From the NCBI GenBank assembly GCA_043802485.1, contig JAZDKZ010000001.1:1-64000 (forward strand): 64,000 nt of DNA, written 5' to 3'. This DNA comes from Candidatus Aenigmatarchaeota archaeon (GTDB lineage: Archaea; Aenigmatarchaeota; Aenigmatarchaeia; Aenigmatarchaeales; Aenigmatarchaeaceae). Position 1 is the first letter of the stretch. Each line of letters opens with the position of its first letter. The position numbers were made by a program, and so were the translations under genes. The notes beneath the pieces were generated by a model. That model did not search any database, was not told where the DNA came from, and saw only the letters and a program-made list of their open reading frames with translations. Shown one piece after another: positions 19,051 through 29,620 of the stretch.

Positions 19051-19652
19051 TGTCTGAAATAAAATTGTTTGATAAATGGGATACAGCTGGCATAGCTGTC
19101 GAAGACCCAGGGCTGAGAAAGTACATCAACCTAAAGCCAGTCATAGTTCCAAGGTCATTCGGAAGGCTCAGTGGCAAGCAGTTCCACAAGTCGCAGATGC
19201 ACATCGTGGAAAGGCTGATGAACAGGCTTTTCGTCGCAGGTCACAGGGGAAAGAAGCACAGAGTGACAAGTGGCATGAACGTTGGCAAGACCTTCAGTGT
19301 TATAGACATTGTGATGGACACCTTCTCGGTGCTTGAGAAAAAGACTGGCAAGAACCCTGTCGAGGTTTTTGTCAGGGCAATTGAGAACTCTGCGATAAGG
19401 GAAGAGGTCACTGCGTTTCAGGTCGGCGGAATAATAGTCAGAAAGGCTGTGATAACATCGCCCCAGAGAAGGATTGACCTGGCCTTGAGATTAATAACAC
19501 AAGGCTCATACCACAAGGCTGCCAAGAGCCCCAAGAAGATGAACGCATGCCTGGCAGACGAGCTTCTTGCTGCTTACAACAACGATTCCCAGAACTCTTT
19601 CGCCATAAAAGGCAAGGAAAGAATCGAAAGAGAAGCTGGCGGCGCCAGATAG
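19050..19652 (+). CDS. rps7: Ribosomal protein uS7
   Basis: KLFDKWD, IVERLMNRL, SPQRRIDLALR. Confidence 0.95.
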   Translation: MSEIKLFDKWDTAGIAVEDPGLRKYINLKPVIVPRSFGRLSGKQFHKSQMHIVERLMNRLFVAGHRGKKHRVTSGMNVGKTFSVIDIVMDTFSVLEKKTGKNPVEVFVRAIENSAIREEVTAFQVGGIIVRKAVITSPQRRIDLALRLITQGSYHKAAKSPKKMNACLADELLAAYNNDSQNSFAIKGKERIEREAGGAR

Positions 19653-19970
19653 TCAGATTTTCTTTATTCTGTTTTTGATAAGCTGTTCGTCCCTTTTGAT
19701 AATCTTTTCCTCTTTCTGGACAAACTTTTCTATCTTTGGCTCTTCCCTTTTGAATATGTATTCTGTCACCTCTGCTATTATTGTGAATATCGTTGCTACT
19801 ACAGTGACCGTGCCGAGAATCATCATATTGAACTCTATCCCGTGCAGATACATGGCGCTTATGTCCTCTATCACGCCGAACGCTATAAGAAATATGAAGA
19901 ACGAGATGAACCTGAGGGTTCTTTTCTTGTGCTTATGCTTTCTGTGGTGCGGCTTTGTCTTGGATTGCAT
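19653..19970 (-). CDS. Small membrane protein inserted antisense between rps7 and EF-2
   Basis: Two hydrophobic helices; own TATA-like upstream. Confidence 0.6.
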   Translation of the reverse strand: MQSKTKPHHRKHKHKKRTLRFISFFIFLIAFGVIEDISAMYLHGIEFNMMILGTVTVVATIFTIIAEVTEYIFKREEPKIEKFVQKEEKIIKRDEQLIKNRIKKI

Positions 19971-20054
19971 AATATTAATTAATGGTCCTGCATTTTAAGC
20001 TTAATAAAAAAGCTTAAATAATATTAATTCTTATTATTCAAATCACGTGATTGG

Positions 20055-22241
20055 ATGGCTAAAGAAGAATACTCTGACGATATACAAAACCTGATGAGCA
20101 AACCCAAGAACATCAGGAATATTGGCATTGTCAGCCATATTCACCATGGCAAGACGACGCTGACAGACAACCTTGCAGCTGCGGCTGGGCTCATGGCGAA
20201 CCAGCTGGTCGGGGAAAGGATGCTTACATGGGTCGATGACCAGGAGAGGGAAAGGCTGATGACCATTTATGGCGCCACAGTCACGATGCCCCACGATTAT
20301 GAGGGGCAAAGATACCTGATTAACCTTCTTGACACGCCTGGTCACGTTGACTTTGGAGCTGACGTCACACAGGCAATGCGTGCAGTGGACGGTGCGGTTG
20401 TAATGTGCTGCGCAGTCGAGGGCATAATGCCTCAGACCGAGACTGTTCTGAGGCAGGCTATCAGTGAGAGGGTAAAACCGGTCCTGTTCATAAACAAGGT
20501 TGATCGAGCCATAAAGGAGCTGAAGCTGACGCCAGAGCAGCTGCAGAAGAGACTGGCAAAAATCGTTATCAATGTTAACAAATTCATCCAAAGATATGTG
20601 GAGCCCCAGTTCAAGGACGCATGGGTCGTAAAGGTCGAGGACGGTTCTGTCGCTTTCGGTTCTGCATTGAGGAAATGGGCAATATCAGTTCCGTTCATGC
20701 AGAGCACGGGAGTCACGTTCAATGACATTATCGACATGTGTTCACAGGACAAGGACGAGGAGTTGTATAAAAAGGCTCCTATGAACATTGTTGTTTTGGA
20801 CATGGTCATCAAGCACCTGCCGTCCCCGAAAGAGGCTCAAAAGTACAGGATAAAAAGGCTTTGGACAGGCGACCCTGAAAGCGAAACAGGAAAACAGCTT
20901 GTCAACTGCGACTCGAACGGCAAGCTTGCTGCTGTAATAACCAAGGTTGTTTATGATCCGCATGCAGGTATGATATCCACGGCAAGGATTTTTTCGGGAA
21001 AGCTGATAAGGGGCCAGAGTGTTTATCTGGTTAACAGCGGCAGGGAGGTAAAGCTGCAGCAGGTGACGACCTTTATCGCATTAAAGAGAATGCCTGTTGA
21101 AGAGGCCTTGGCTGGAAATGTTGTTGGTATTGTAGGATTGACAGATGTTGTTGTAGGAGAGACTTTGTGTGATCCTGAGAACATAATTGAAAAGTTCGAG
21201 GCCATAAAACACATCTTCGAGCCTGTTGTCACAAAGTCCATCGAGCCAAAGTCGCCGCAGGACTTGCCAAAGCTTATTGAAATCCTAAAGACTCTTAGCA
21301 GGGAGGACCCTACTCTGAAGGTCAAGGTGAATCAGGAGACTGGAGAGACTCTGGTTTCTGGTCTGGGAGAGCTGCACTTGGACGCAAAGGTAGAGAGAAA
21401 GATAAGAGAAAGGGGAATAGACATAATTGTCTCGCCTCCTATCGTTGTCTACAGGGAAAGCATATTCTCCGAATCGCCTATTATCGAAGGCAAGTCTCCA
21501 AACAAGCACAACAAGTTCTACATATCTGTCGAGCCTGTGCCTGATGAAATACGCAAGGCCATGACAGAAGGAAAGATAAGGGACGGGGAAATAAAGGGCA
21601 AGAGCCTGGAGTTCAGGCAGATGCTTGTCGACCTTGGCATGACCAAGGAGGATTCTAAAAGCGTTGTTTTAATTCATAATCACTGCATGTTCTTGGACAA
21701 CACCAAAGGTATCCAATATCTGAACGAGTCGATGGAAAACGTAAAGAGCGCATTCATCGACGTTGTGGAGAACGGTCCTCTTTCAAAGGAGCCGTGCTCT
21801 GCTATAATCGTGAGGCTGCATGATGCTGCATTGCACGAGGACGCTGTGCACAGAGGTCCTGCGCAGATCATGCCGGCAATCAGGCACCCGATAAACCAGG
21901 GCATGCTAAAGGCAGGAGTCAGCTTCCTTGAGCCAAAGCAGATAATGAGGATTGACTCCCCGCAGGACTATATAGGAAACGTTGTCGCAGAGTTGAGCAA
22001 CAGGAGGGGCGAGGTCCTGAACATAGAGCAGGAAGAGTTCTCAGCGATAATAACAGCCAAGATCCCAGTAGCAGAGATGTTCGGCTTTGAGGGGGCCCTG
22101 AAATCTTCAACTGCAGGGAAAGGCTTCCAGTCCTTGGTCGACGTCACGTTCGAGAAGGTACCGAACGAGCTGAGGGACAAGATAGCCCTGAGGATAAGGG
22201 AAAGAAAGGGTATGACCAAAGAGATTCCAAAGGCAGAGTAA
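20055..22241 (+). CDS. fusA: Translation elongation factor EF-2 (archaeal)
   Basis: NIRNIGIVSHIHHGKTT, DTPGHVDF, NKVD, diphthamide loop LHEDAVHRGPAQ. Confidence 0.96.
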   Translation: MAKEEYSDDIQNLMSKPKNIRNIGIVSHIHHGKTTLTDNLAAAAGLMANQLVGERMLTWVDDQERERLMTIYGATVTMPHDYEGQRYLINLLDTPGHVDFGADVTQAMRAVDGAVVMCCAVEGIMPQTETVLRQAISERVKPVLFINKVDRAIKELKLTPEQLQKRLAKIVINVNKFIQRYVEPQFKDAWVVKVEDGSVAFGSALRKWAISVPFMQSTGVTFNDIIDMCSQDKDEELYKKAPMNIVVLDMVIKHLPSPKEAQKYRIKRLWTGDPESETGKQLVNCDSNGKLAAVITKVVYDPHAGMISTARIFSGKLIRGQSVYLVNSGREVKLQQVTTFIALKRMPVEEALAGNVVGIVGLTDVVVGETLCDPENIIEKFEAIKHIFEPVVTKSIEPKSPQDLPKLIEILKTLSREDPTLKVKVNQETGETLVSGLGELHLDAKVERKIRERGIDIIVSPPIVVYRESIFSESPIIEGKSPNKHNKFYISVEPVPDEIRKAMTEGKIRDGEIKGKSLEFRQMLVDLGMTKEDSKSVVLIHNHCMFLDNTKGIQYLNESMENVKSAFIDVVENGPLSKEPCSAIIVRLHDAALHEDAVHRGPAQIMPAIRHPINQGMLKAGVSFLEPKQIMRIDSPQDYIGNVVAELSNRRGEVLNIEQEEFSAIITAKIPVAEMFGFEGALKSSTAGKGFQSLVDVTFEKVPNELRDKIALRIRERKGMTKEIPKAE

Positions 22242-22311
22242 TAGCTCTAGCTTCTTTTCCATGATAAACATTTAAATAGATTGCTAATGTAATTAGCTAA
22301 AAGGTGAAATT

Positions 22312-23580
22312 ATGGCAAAAAAACCACATTTAAACTTAGTAACTGTAGGACATGTTGACCATGGTAAGTCTACTCTATTAGGTAGAATCTTGTATGATAC
22401 AAAGAATCTGTCAGAAGATCAGATGAGGAAGCTAAAGGAACTGGCAAAGGACAACAAGAAGGAAACCTTTGAATTCGCTTACGCCATGGACAGATTGAAG
22501 GAAGAAAGGGAAAGAGGAGTTACTATTGACGTAATGCACCAGAGGTTCGACACACAGAAGTATTACTTTACAATTATAGACGCGCCAGGACACAGAGACT
22601 TTGTAAAGAACATGATAACCGGAGCATCACAAGCTGATGCAGCCATACTGGTCTGTTCAGCAAAAGATGGAGTACAAGAGCAGACAAAGGAGCATGTCTT
22701 CTTATTAAAAGTTTTGGGAGTAAAGCAGATTATTGTCGCCATCAACAAGATGGATGCAGTGAACTATGACGAGGCAAAGTACAAAGAGACAGTAGACAGC
22801 TGTGGAAAGCTCTTGAAAACTGTGGGATATGATGTCAGCAAAATGTTGTTTGTTCCGACATCTGGTTACAAAGGCGACAACGTTGCAAACAAGTCAGATA
22901 ACATGAAGTGGTACAGCGGACCAACACTGGTAGAAGCACTCGATACATTGACCATGCCTGAAAAGCCGACTGACAAGCCTCTAAGGCTTCCAGTCCAGGA
23001 CGTGTATACAATCACCGGAATCGGTACAGTTCCTGTAGGAAGAGTTGAGACAGGCATCTTGAAGACAGGCGATAATATAGTCTTCCAGCCATCCGGCAAG
23101 TCCGGAGAGGTAAAGACTATAGAGATGCACCATGAGCAGGTAGCACAGGCAGAACCAGGTGACAATGTAGGCTTCAGTGTGAGAGGTGTAAACAAGACAG
23201 ACATAAAGAGAGGAGATGTTGTAGGGCACGCTTCAAACCCGCCAAGAGTTGCAAAGGAATTCACGGCGCAGATAATCGTTCTGCAGCACCCCAATGTCAT
23301 AACAAAGGGATACACTCCAGTTTTCCACTGTCACACAGCGCAAGTTGCATGTAAGGTAATCGAGATAGTAAAGAAGATCGATCCAAAGACAGGTGCAGTC
23401 GTTCAAGAAAACCCAGACTTTATCAAGACCGGAGACGCTGCAGTAATCAGATGCGTTCCAAACAAACCATTTGTTGTAGAGGCTTCAAAAGACATACCTG
23501 AGCTTTCAAGATTTGCTATCAGAGACATGGGACAGACAATCGCAGCAGGCATCTGCTTGGAAGTAGTACCTGCAGAGTGA
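22312..23580 (+). CDS. tuf: Translation elongation factor EF-1 alpha
   Basis: [36 protein letters not shown]. Confidence 0.97.
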   Translation: MAKKPHLNLVTVGHVDHGKSTLLGRILYDTKNLSEDQMRKLKELAKDNKKETFEFAYAMDRLKEERERGVTIDVMHQRFDTQKYYFTIIDAPGHRDFVKNMITGASQADAAILVCSAKDGVQEQTKEHVFLLKVLGVKQIIVAINKMDAVNYDEAKYKETVDSCGKLLKTVGYDVSKMLFVPTSGYKGDNVANKSDNMKWYSGPTLVEALDTLTMPEKPTDKPLRLPVQDVYTITGIGTVPVGRVETGILKTGDNIVFQPSGKSGEVKTIEMHHEQVAQAEPGDNVGFSVRGVNKTDIKRGDVVGHASNPPRVAKEFTAQIIVLQHPNVITKGYTPVFHCHTAQVACKVIEIVKKIDPKTGAVVQENPDFIKTGDAAVIRCVPNKPFVVEASKDIPELSRFAIRDMGQTIAAGICLEVVPAE

Positions 23581-23645
23581 TTTCTTTAATTTTTCGTTTT
23601 ACTTTTTCTTTTTATTTTAAATATTTATCTATAGATATTTCTAGT

Positions 23646-24056
23646 ATGAAGGAAGAAGTCCGTTATTATAAGGTTGGATCCCATCTTTCTATGATTAGTC
23701 ATTCAGGTCCAGGAGGATGTGTATCTCATCCTATTATGAATCCTGAAGGTCATGTTTTTTATTTACCTAAAGAAGGTCTGATGATTAGTAAGAGCAAAGT
23801 GAGTGATTGGCTTCCATGTGATATAAGAGGAAAAATACCAGAAAATATGACCAAGATAGAAATTGAAGGGTATGAAATAGAAAAAATTATGAATTCTTAC
23901 AAAGAACTAAAAACTGCCGAAAAGAAATTTGCCGTGGATGCGAAGAAACAGTCAGGTAACTTGAGACCCGGAACAATGAGGATAATTAAATCAAAAAATT
24001 ATCTGGAAAAATTTTCCAAGAAATGTGAAGAAGTATTTGGAGAATATTGTAATTAA
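23646..24056 (+). CDS. Hypothetical protein (AT-rich insertion)
   Basis: ATG at 23646 about 22 nt after TTTAAATA; no recognised motif. Confidence 0.55.
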   Translation: MKEEVRYYKVGSHLSMISHSGPGGCVSHPIMNPEGHVFYLPKEGLMISKSKVSDWLPCDIRGKIPENMTKIEIEGYEIEKIMNSYKELKTAEKKFAVDAKKQSGNLRPGTMRIIKSKNYLEKFSKKCEEVFGEYCN

Positions 24057-24158
24057 TTAAACGTCTTCTTTGTGATGCAATAGATATTTAAAAATTAACT
24101 TTGCTCACAAGCAAATATAGGGAACCAATTTTTATATTGAGAAACGACATATAATATC

Positions 24159-24773
24159 ATGGCATATGATGGCATATTTTACAACAAGAGTTCGGAATTG
24201 TTATTCAACTCTTTGGATTTTGACATACTTTTGGTATCAAAGGATTTTAAGATACTGTTTGCTAACGACGCATTCCTCAAAAGGTCTGGGATGAAAAGGA
24301 AGGATGTTATTGGCCGACATTGCTACGAAATCACTCACAAACTGACCAAGCCATGCAAACCTCCGAAGGACCCGTGTCCCATCCAAAAAGTCATTAGAAC
24401 TGGAAAGACAATTATAGTCACCCACACTCATTTGACCAAAAAAGGGAAGTGCCTGGTGAACGTAACGGCATCCCCATTAAGGAACAAAGACGGGCTCTGC
24501 TTCTTGCACATATCCATGCCTGTTAGCGAATCGAAGACCGCAAGCATGAAGAAAGCCATGAAAAAAACAAAGAACATTCTGAATGTCTTAAGTCTGTATC
24601 AGCGCCAGCTGGACGATTTGAAGAAGACAAAGGACATACTCGAGGAAAAGGTGGATGAACTGGAAAGGTTCAACAAATTAACGATTAACAGGGAGCTTAA
24701 AATGATTGAACTCAAGAAGAAGATAAGAATGCTGGAAAATGAATCCCGCTCCGGCATTCATACCACAAAATAA
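24159..24773 (+). CDS. PAS-domain protein with C-terminal coiled coil, no kinase/output domain
   Basis: ILFANDAF...DVIGRHCYEITH...CP...VTASP; ends LERFNKLTINRELKMIELKKKI. Confidence 0.8.
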   Translation: MAYDGIFYNKSSELLFNSLDFDILLVSKDFKILFANDAFLKRSGMKRKDVIGRHCYEITHKLTKPCKPPKDPCPIQKVIRTGKTIIVTHTHLTKKGKCLVNVTASPLRNKDGLCFLHISMPVSESKTASMKKAMKKTKNILNVLSLYQRQLDDLKKTKDILEEKVDELERFNKLTINRELKMIELKKKIRMLENESRSGIHTTK

Positions 24774-24934
24774 GAGTTACAATATTTCCTATTATATATA
24801 TGAAAATAACCTGGTGAAACGCCCGGGAGGCATTTTCTGTTAAATTTTATGGTTTCTAAGTTTTAATGATTGCTGAATATATATGCTTAAGTCATCAGTC
24901 ATTTATTTAAATACTTTCACAAATAGTTAGAGAT

Positions 24935-25255
24935 ATGCAAAAAGCCAGGATAAAATTGATGAGCAGAGACACGAAGAAAATTGATGATGTCTGCACTGAG
25001 CTTAAGATGATAACGGACAAGTTCGGCGTAGCCATGCATGGACCAATTCCTCTGCCAACCAAAAAACTTCAGATAACAACGATGAAGACACCCTGCGGTG
25101 ACGGCTGCGGCCACGGCAACGCCACATGGGACAGGTGGCAAATGAGAATACATAAGAGGGTCATTGACATTTCTGCTGACGAGAGAACATTAAGACAAAT
25201 AATGCGTGTCACAATTCCTGACGGAGTCTCTATTTCTATCCAACTAAAGGATTAG
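24935..25255 (+). CDS. rps10: Ribosomal protein uS10
   Basis: GPIPLPTK, TWDRWQMRIHKRVIDI. Confidence 0.95.
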   Translation: MQKARIKLMSRDTKKIDDVCTELKMITDKFGVAMHGPIPLPTKKLQITTMKTPCGDGCGHGNATWDRWQMRIHKRVIDISADERTLRQIMRVTIPDGVSISIQLKD

Positions 25256-25494
25256 CGCAACCTTAACAGACTGTTCTTGTACTTTACAAACCACTTTACG
25301 AAAATGCCGAACACCATGCCTAGAAGCAATGTGAAGAGCATCAAGAATATGATATTCATGCACTGCACATTCTTGTTATTAACTCCTGACAGGAACGGCA
25401 TCATCAAGAACACCACAGAAAAGAGCACCAGTATGATGCACACGCTAAATAGGAACTCTAGGAACTTTGTATCAATCTCATACTGCGAAGCCAT
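25252..25494 (-). CDS. Small membrane protein (2 TM)
   Basis: Two hydrophobic helices. Confidence 0.5.
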   Translation of the reverse strand: MASQYEIDTKFLEFLFSVCIILVLFSVVFLMMPFLSGVNNKNVQCMNIIFLMLFTLLLGMVFGIFVKWFVKYKNSLLRLR

Positions 25495-25547
25495 ATAATT
25501 AGTTAAATTTCAAGATTTAAAAATCCTTTCAAACAACTATTATCTTA

Positions 25548-25651
25548 GCCGAGATCGCATAATCTGGTATTGCGCTAGATCTCAACCTGAGAGGCGAACC
25601 TGGAAAGCTAGTTTCCGCAAGGATATGGGGGTTCAAATCCCTCTCTCGGCG
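25548..25651 (+). tRNA. tRNA-Ser(GGA) with 20-nt intron at non-canonical position 30/31 (25579-25598)
   Basis: Removing ATCTCAACCTGAGAGGCGAA restores CTAGC-CTGGAAA-GCTAG; long variable arm; BHB helix CGCT/GGCG. Confidence 0.9.
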
Positions 25652-25687
25652 CTCCTTTTTTTAAATACCAAACATAATTATTCTTTC

Positions 25688-26152
25688 ATGCTTGAAGAGA
25701 CGATTGCTGTCATAGTCGCTAACATACTTCCTACCATGGAGCAGATAGGTGGTATACCACTTGGCATTGCTTTGGGTCTGGATCCTTTGTATTCATTGAT
25801 GGTGTCTTTGACAGTCAACTGTCTTCTGTTCTTCCCCGTATACTTTGGTTTGAAGGTTTTCTATGACAGGGTATTTTCCAAAATAAAGCTTTTCAACAGG
25901 TATCTGGAAAAGGTGAGAAGAAAGGGCCAGCCTTATGTCGACAAATACGGAGTTCTTGGTTTAACTTTGTTTATTTCATTGCCAACCCCTTTGACAGGGA
26001 CCTACACTGCATCAATTCTGAGCTGGTTGTTGAACTTGGACTGGAAAAGGTCATTCATAGCTATAGTTATCGGCTCAACGATAGGCGGAATTATAATACT
26101 TTCCTCAGTTTTGGGTTTCTTGGAAGTCCTGAAATTCATCGTTTCTGTCTGA
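25688..26152 (+). CDS. Small multidrug export-like membrane protein (COG2426)
   Basis: LPTMEQIGGIPLGIALG, FISLPTPLTGTYTA. The ORF-track start at 25625 lies inside the tRNA, so ATG 25688 is used. Confidence 0.8.
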   Translation: MLEETIAVIVANILPTMEQIGGIPLGIALGLDPLYSLMVSLTVNCLLFFPVYFGLKVFYDRVFSKIKLFNRYLEKVRRKGQPYVDKYGVLGLTLFISLPTPLTGTYTASILSWLLNLDWKRSFIAIVIGSTIGGIIILSSVLGFLEVLKFIVSV

Positions 26153-26501
26153 ATAAGATTTAAATATCAGTTCTTCTATAAAATTTAAGGAAAGATTTAC
26201 TCTTTCTTTCGAGTGATAAAATGGCTACAAAATATAGAAAAATAAGACAATTACTACATCGACACGAACCCGTTTTAAGCACAGTAATACCCGATGATTT
26301 TCAAGAATATCATAATAGATATGGTGGAGAGAACTCAAACAGGGTTTCAGCCAAGACATGTAATAAAGATTATGATTTTCTTTGTCAAGTGCTGAAAAGG
26401 AAATAAATCTTTAAATACATTCTCTTCCTATTAAGATAGGAAAGTTTTCGTGGTAACGTGTTCTGATAGATTTAAATATATTCAAAAGAGAAATTGGTTT
26501 T

Positions 26502-27452
26502 ATGCCAGCAGTAAAAAGACCGAGAAGAGGAAGCAAAGCATTTTACCCTAGAAAAAGGGCTAGTCGTATCTATCCAAGAATCAGCAACTGGAAGCCTTCA
26601 AAGGATGTAAAGCCGCTGGGTTTTGCAGGCTACAAGGCAGGCATGACGCATGTTTTACTTGTTGACACCAATCCCAATACCAAGACAACTGGCCAGCAAA
26701 TTTCAAGGCCAATAACAATTCTCGAATGCCCCCCTCTTTCTGTTTTCGGTTTTAGATGCTACTCAAAAAATAAAACTTCTTTCGACGTTCTCTCAGAAAA
26801 ACTTGACAAAAATCTGTCAAGAAAGATGAAAGTTCCAAAGGAGCCCAAGAAGATGGAAGAGCAGTTGAAGAAACTGCCAAAAAACGTCACCAAGGTAAGC
26901 CTAATCTGTCATACTAATCCCAAGTTCAAGAAAAAGCCAGAGGTCTTTGAGATGGCCATAGGTGGAACATCTGAAGAGCAAATGAAATACGCCCAGGAGA
27001 TAATTGGTAATGAGATAAAACTTTCAGACGTGTTCAAGGAGGGCGACATGATAGATGTCGTTGCTGTCACAAAGGGAAAGGGGTTCCAAGGACCTGTGAA
27101 GAGGTTCGGTGTAGCATTGCATGGAAGAAAAGCACAGCAGATGCAGAGGCACATGGCGCCGCTCGGACAGAACGAACCTGGAAAAGTCAGATGGACGATT
27201 CCGCAGGCTGGACAACACGGTTTTCACAGGAGAACAGAAATCAACAAAAGAATCCTGAAAATATCCGAAGGCTTTGAAATCAGCGGTGACTTTTTGAAAT
27301 ACGGCAAGGTCACTGGTGATTGTGTCGTGCTTGAGGGAAGCATCCCTGGCGCGAAGAAGAGAATGATAAGAATGAGGTTTGCCATGAGGCAGAAGAAATC
27401 CTATCCTATTGATATAAAATATGTTTCAACAAAGAGTAAGCAAGGTGCATAA
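26502..27452 (+). CDS. rpl3: Ribosomal protein uL3
   Basis: RPRRGSKAFYPRKRA, GYKAGMTH, TKGKGFQGPVKRFG. Confidence 0.96.
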   Translation: MPAVKRPRRGSKAFYPRKRASRIYPRISNWKPSKDVKPLGFAGYKAGMTHVLLVDTNPNTKTTGQQISRPITILECPPLSVFGFRCYSKNKTSFDVLSEKLDKNLSRKMKVPKEPKKMEEQLKKLPKNVTKVSLICHTNPKFKKKPEVFEMAIGGTSEEQMKYAQEIIGNEIKLSDVFKEGDMIDVVAVTKGKGFQGPVKRFGVALHGRKAQQMQRHMAPLGQNEPGKVRWTIPQAGQHGFHRRTEINKRILKISEGFEISGDFLKYGKVTGDCVVLEGSIPGAKKRMIRMRFAMRQKKSYPIDIKYVSTKSKQGA

Positions 27453-27453
27453 G

Positions 27454-28251
27454 ATGAAAGCCATTGTTATTGATGTAAAGGCCAAGCAGAAAACAGAGAT
27501 GACTCTGCCCAAAGTTTTCGCTACAGAGTTCAGGCCGGATCTGATAAAAAGATCAGTCTTGGCTATACAGAGTCATAACAGGCAGCCACACGGCGTCGAC
27601 CCGTTGGCTGGACATAGGACGTCTGCCCATTACCATGGTGTCAGAAAAGGGCCACATCACATGATGAACACTGAGACAGCTAGAATGAAGAGAATACACG
27701 GCGGCCCGCCAAATCTTTCGATGAGAGCAAGGTTTGTCGCGCAGGCTGTAAAGGGAAGGACTGCGCACCCGCCGAAGGTGGAGAAAGTATGGGAGCAGAA
27801 GATAAACAAAAAGGAAAGAATCCTGGCTTTAAAGTCTGCCATAGCAGCAACGATAGTGAAAGATATTGTTGTCGGTAGAGGGCACATCATTAATGGCGTC
27901 ACCTTGCCTATCATTGTTGAGGATAATATTCAAGATTTCAAAAAGACAAAGCAGATGCTCGAGTTTTTGGAAAAGCTTGGCTTGAAGGAAGAGATGGAAA
28001 GGGCAAGCATAAAGAAGGTGAGGGCAGGAAGGGGAAAGACAAGAGGAAGAAAGTACAAGAAGAGAAAGTCTGTCCTTTTTGTTGTTTCCGAGGACAAAGG
28101 AATTTCAAAAGCAGTGAAGAACATACCAGGTTCTGACTTCTCTCTTGTCAAGAACCTTAACGCCGAGCTGCTCGCGCCAGGAACGCACGCAGGCAGGCTT
28201 GTCGTATGGAGCGAGGCGGCAGTTAGGTCATTAGGTGAGATTTATGGCTGA
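27454..28251 (+). CDS. rpl4: Ribosomal protein uL4
   Basis: RPDLIKR, GRTAHPPK, LAPGTHAGRL. Confidence 0.95.
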   Translation: MKAIVIDVKAKQKTEMTLPKVFATEFRPDLIKRSVLAIQSHNRQPHGVDPLAGHRTSAHYHGVRKGPHHMMNTETARMKRIHGGPPNLSMRARFVAQAVKGRTAHPPKVEKVWEQKINKKERILALKSAIAATIVKDIVVGRGHIINGVTLPIIVEDNIQDFKKTKQMLEFLEKLGLKEEMERASIKKVRAGRGKTRGRKYKKRKSVLFVVSEDKGISKAVKNIPGSDFSLVKNLNAELLAPGTHAGRLVVWSEAAVRSLGEIYG

Positions 28252-28537
28252 TAAAAAAGAAGAAAAAATATCATTGGTAGATCCGTGGACAGTTTTGCTT
28301 TACCCTTTGCTTACCGAAAAGTCGATAGGAAGAATCGAAACCGAGAACAAACTGGTATTCATTGTCAAAAAGAAAGCTAACAAGAGGCAAGTCAAATGGG
28401 CCACTGAAAAGGCCTTTAACGTCAAAGTCACTGCTGTCAAGACTTTGATTGACAGGAAAGGAAGGAAGAAGGCGTGGATACAGCTTGCAAAAGAGTATCC
28501 GGCAGCAGACATCGCCACAAGATTGGGAATGTTGTGA
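28244..28537 (+). CDS. rpl23: Ribosomal protein uL23
   Basis: PLLTEKS...ENKLVFIV...KKAWIQL. Confidence 0.95.
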   Translation: MADKKEEKISLVDPWTVLLYPLLTEKSIGRIETENKLVFIVKKKANKRQVKWATEKAFNVKVTAVKTLIDRKGRKKAWIQLAKEYPAADIATRLGML

Positions 28538-28541
28538 TTTT

Positions 28542-29231
28542 ATGGGTAAACGAATAATTCAGAGAGCAAGGGGAAAAGGCGGGCCGCCTTACAGGAGCCC
28601 GAGTCACAGGTTCCCGGGAAAGATTAGCTACAACTTCAATAAAGCAGAGGTCATTGACTTGATAGACGATCCATGCAGGGATGCTCCTCTGGCAAAGCTG
28701 ATGACAGAGGAAAAGGGAGAAAAACTCATAGTGGCTGCAGAAGGCATGAAGGTCGGAGACACATTGGACAAGAACGGCGAGGCCAAATCAGGAAACATCT
28801 TGTCTTTGAATAAAATCCCCAAAGGTACGTTCGTCTTCGGTCTAGAGACAAGACCTGGAACAGGACCTAAATTATGCTTATCGGCCGGAACAAAGGCTTT
28901 CATAGTCTCTAACGATGAGAGCAAGACCGTGATACAGATGCCTTCAAAGCAATTCAAGCATTTCAATCCCAAGTGCCAGGCAACTGTAGGGGTTCCTGCA
29001 GGAGGGGGCATGAGGGAGAAGCCTTTTGTAAAGGCGGGCCAGAATTTTTATTTGAAGCATGCAAGAAACAAGCTCTGGCCAAGAACGTCCGGTTGTAAGA
29101 TGAATGCTGTTGACCATCCTTTCGGTGGCAGGACAAAGCCCGGAACTCCAAAGACAATTTCAAGGAACGCTCCTCCAGGAGCAAAGGTGGGTTCAGTAGC
29201 AGCTAGAAGGACGGGCAGGAAGAAAAAGTGA
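28542..29231 (+). CDS. rpl2: Ribosomal protein uL2
   Basis: MGKRIIQRARGKG, MNAVDHPFGG, GSVAARRTG. Confidence 0.95.
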   Translation: MGKRIIQRARGKGGPPYRSPSHRFPGKISYNFNKAEVIDLIDDPCRDAPLAKLMTEEKGEKLIVAAEGMKVGDTLDKNGEAKSGNILSLNKIPKGTFVFGLETRPGTGPKLCLSAGTKAFIVSNDESKTVIQMPSKQFKHFNPKCQATVGVPAGGGMREKPFVKAGQNFYLKHARNKLWPRTSGCKMNAVDHPFGGRTKPGTPKTISRNAPPGAKVGSVAARRTGRKKK

Positions 29232-29235
29232 TACT

Positions 29236-29616
29236 ATGGCTAAAATAATTACATACAGAGGAAAGACAATTGAAGAACTAAAAGCGATGAGCTTGAACGA
29301 GTTCATCAAATTGATTCCTTCAAGAGAGAGGAGACATATCAAGAGAGGCTTGAGCGACAAGGAGAAAAAGTTTTTGGAGAAATTGAAAACGTCTGACAAG
29401 CCGGTTAGGACCCATTTAAGGGACACGGTAATCATCCCAGAGATGGTTGATCGTAGCGTGATGCTTCACAGCGGCAGGGAATGGCTGCTGGTTACGATAA
29501 AGCTTGAGATGCTCGGTCACAGATTGGGAGAGTTTGTGCTCACAAGAAAGAGGGTCATGCACAGCGCACCTGGTGTGGGTGCTACAAGAGCTTCAAAGAA
29601 CCTGCCATTAAAGTGA
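29236..29616 (+). CDS. rps19: Ribosomal protein uS19
   Basis: RTHLRD, EMLGHRLGEF, HSAPGVGATR. Confidence 0.95.
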   Translation: MAKIITYRGKTIEELKAMSLNEFIKLIPSRERRHIKRGLSDKEKKFLEKLKTSDKPVRTHLRDTVIIPEMVDRSVMLHSGREWLLVTIKLEMLGHRLGEFVLTRKRVMHSAPGVGATRASKNLPLK

Positions 29617-29620
29617 TTTT

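Noticed and set aside
24797..24811. TATATGAAAATAACC shared with 44851-44865
   Set aside because: AT-rich 15-mer, only two copies, and palindromic at only one site; may be chance.
26221..26406. 61-aa ORF upstream of rpl3
   Set aside because: No motif or independent support; it could be real but cannot be called.
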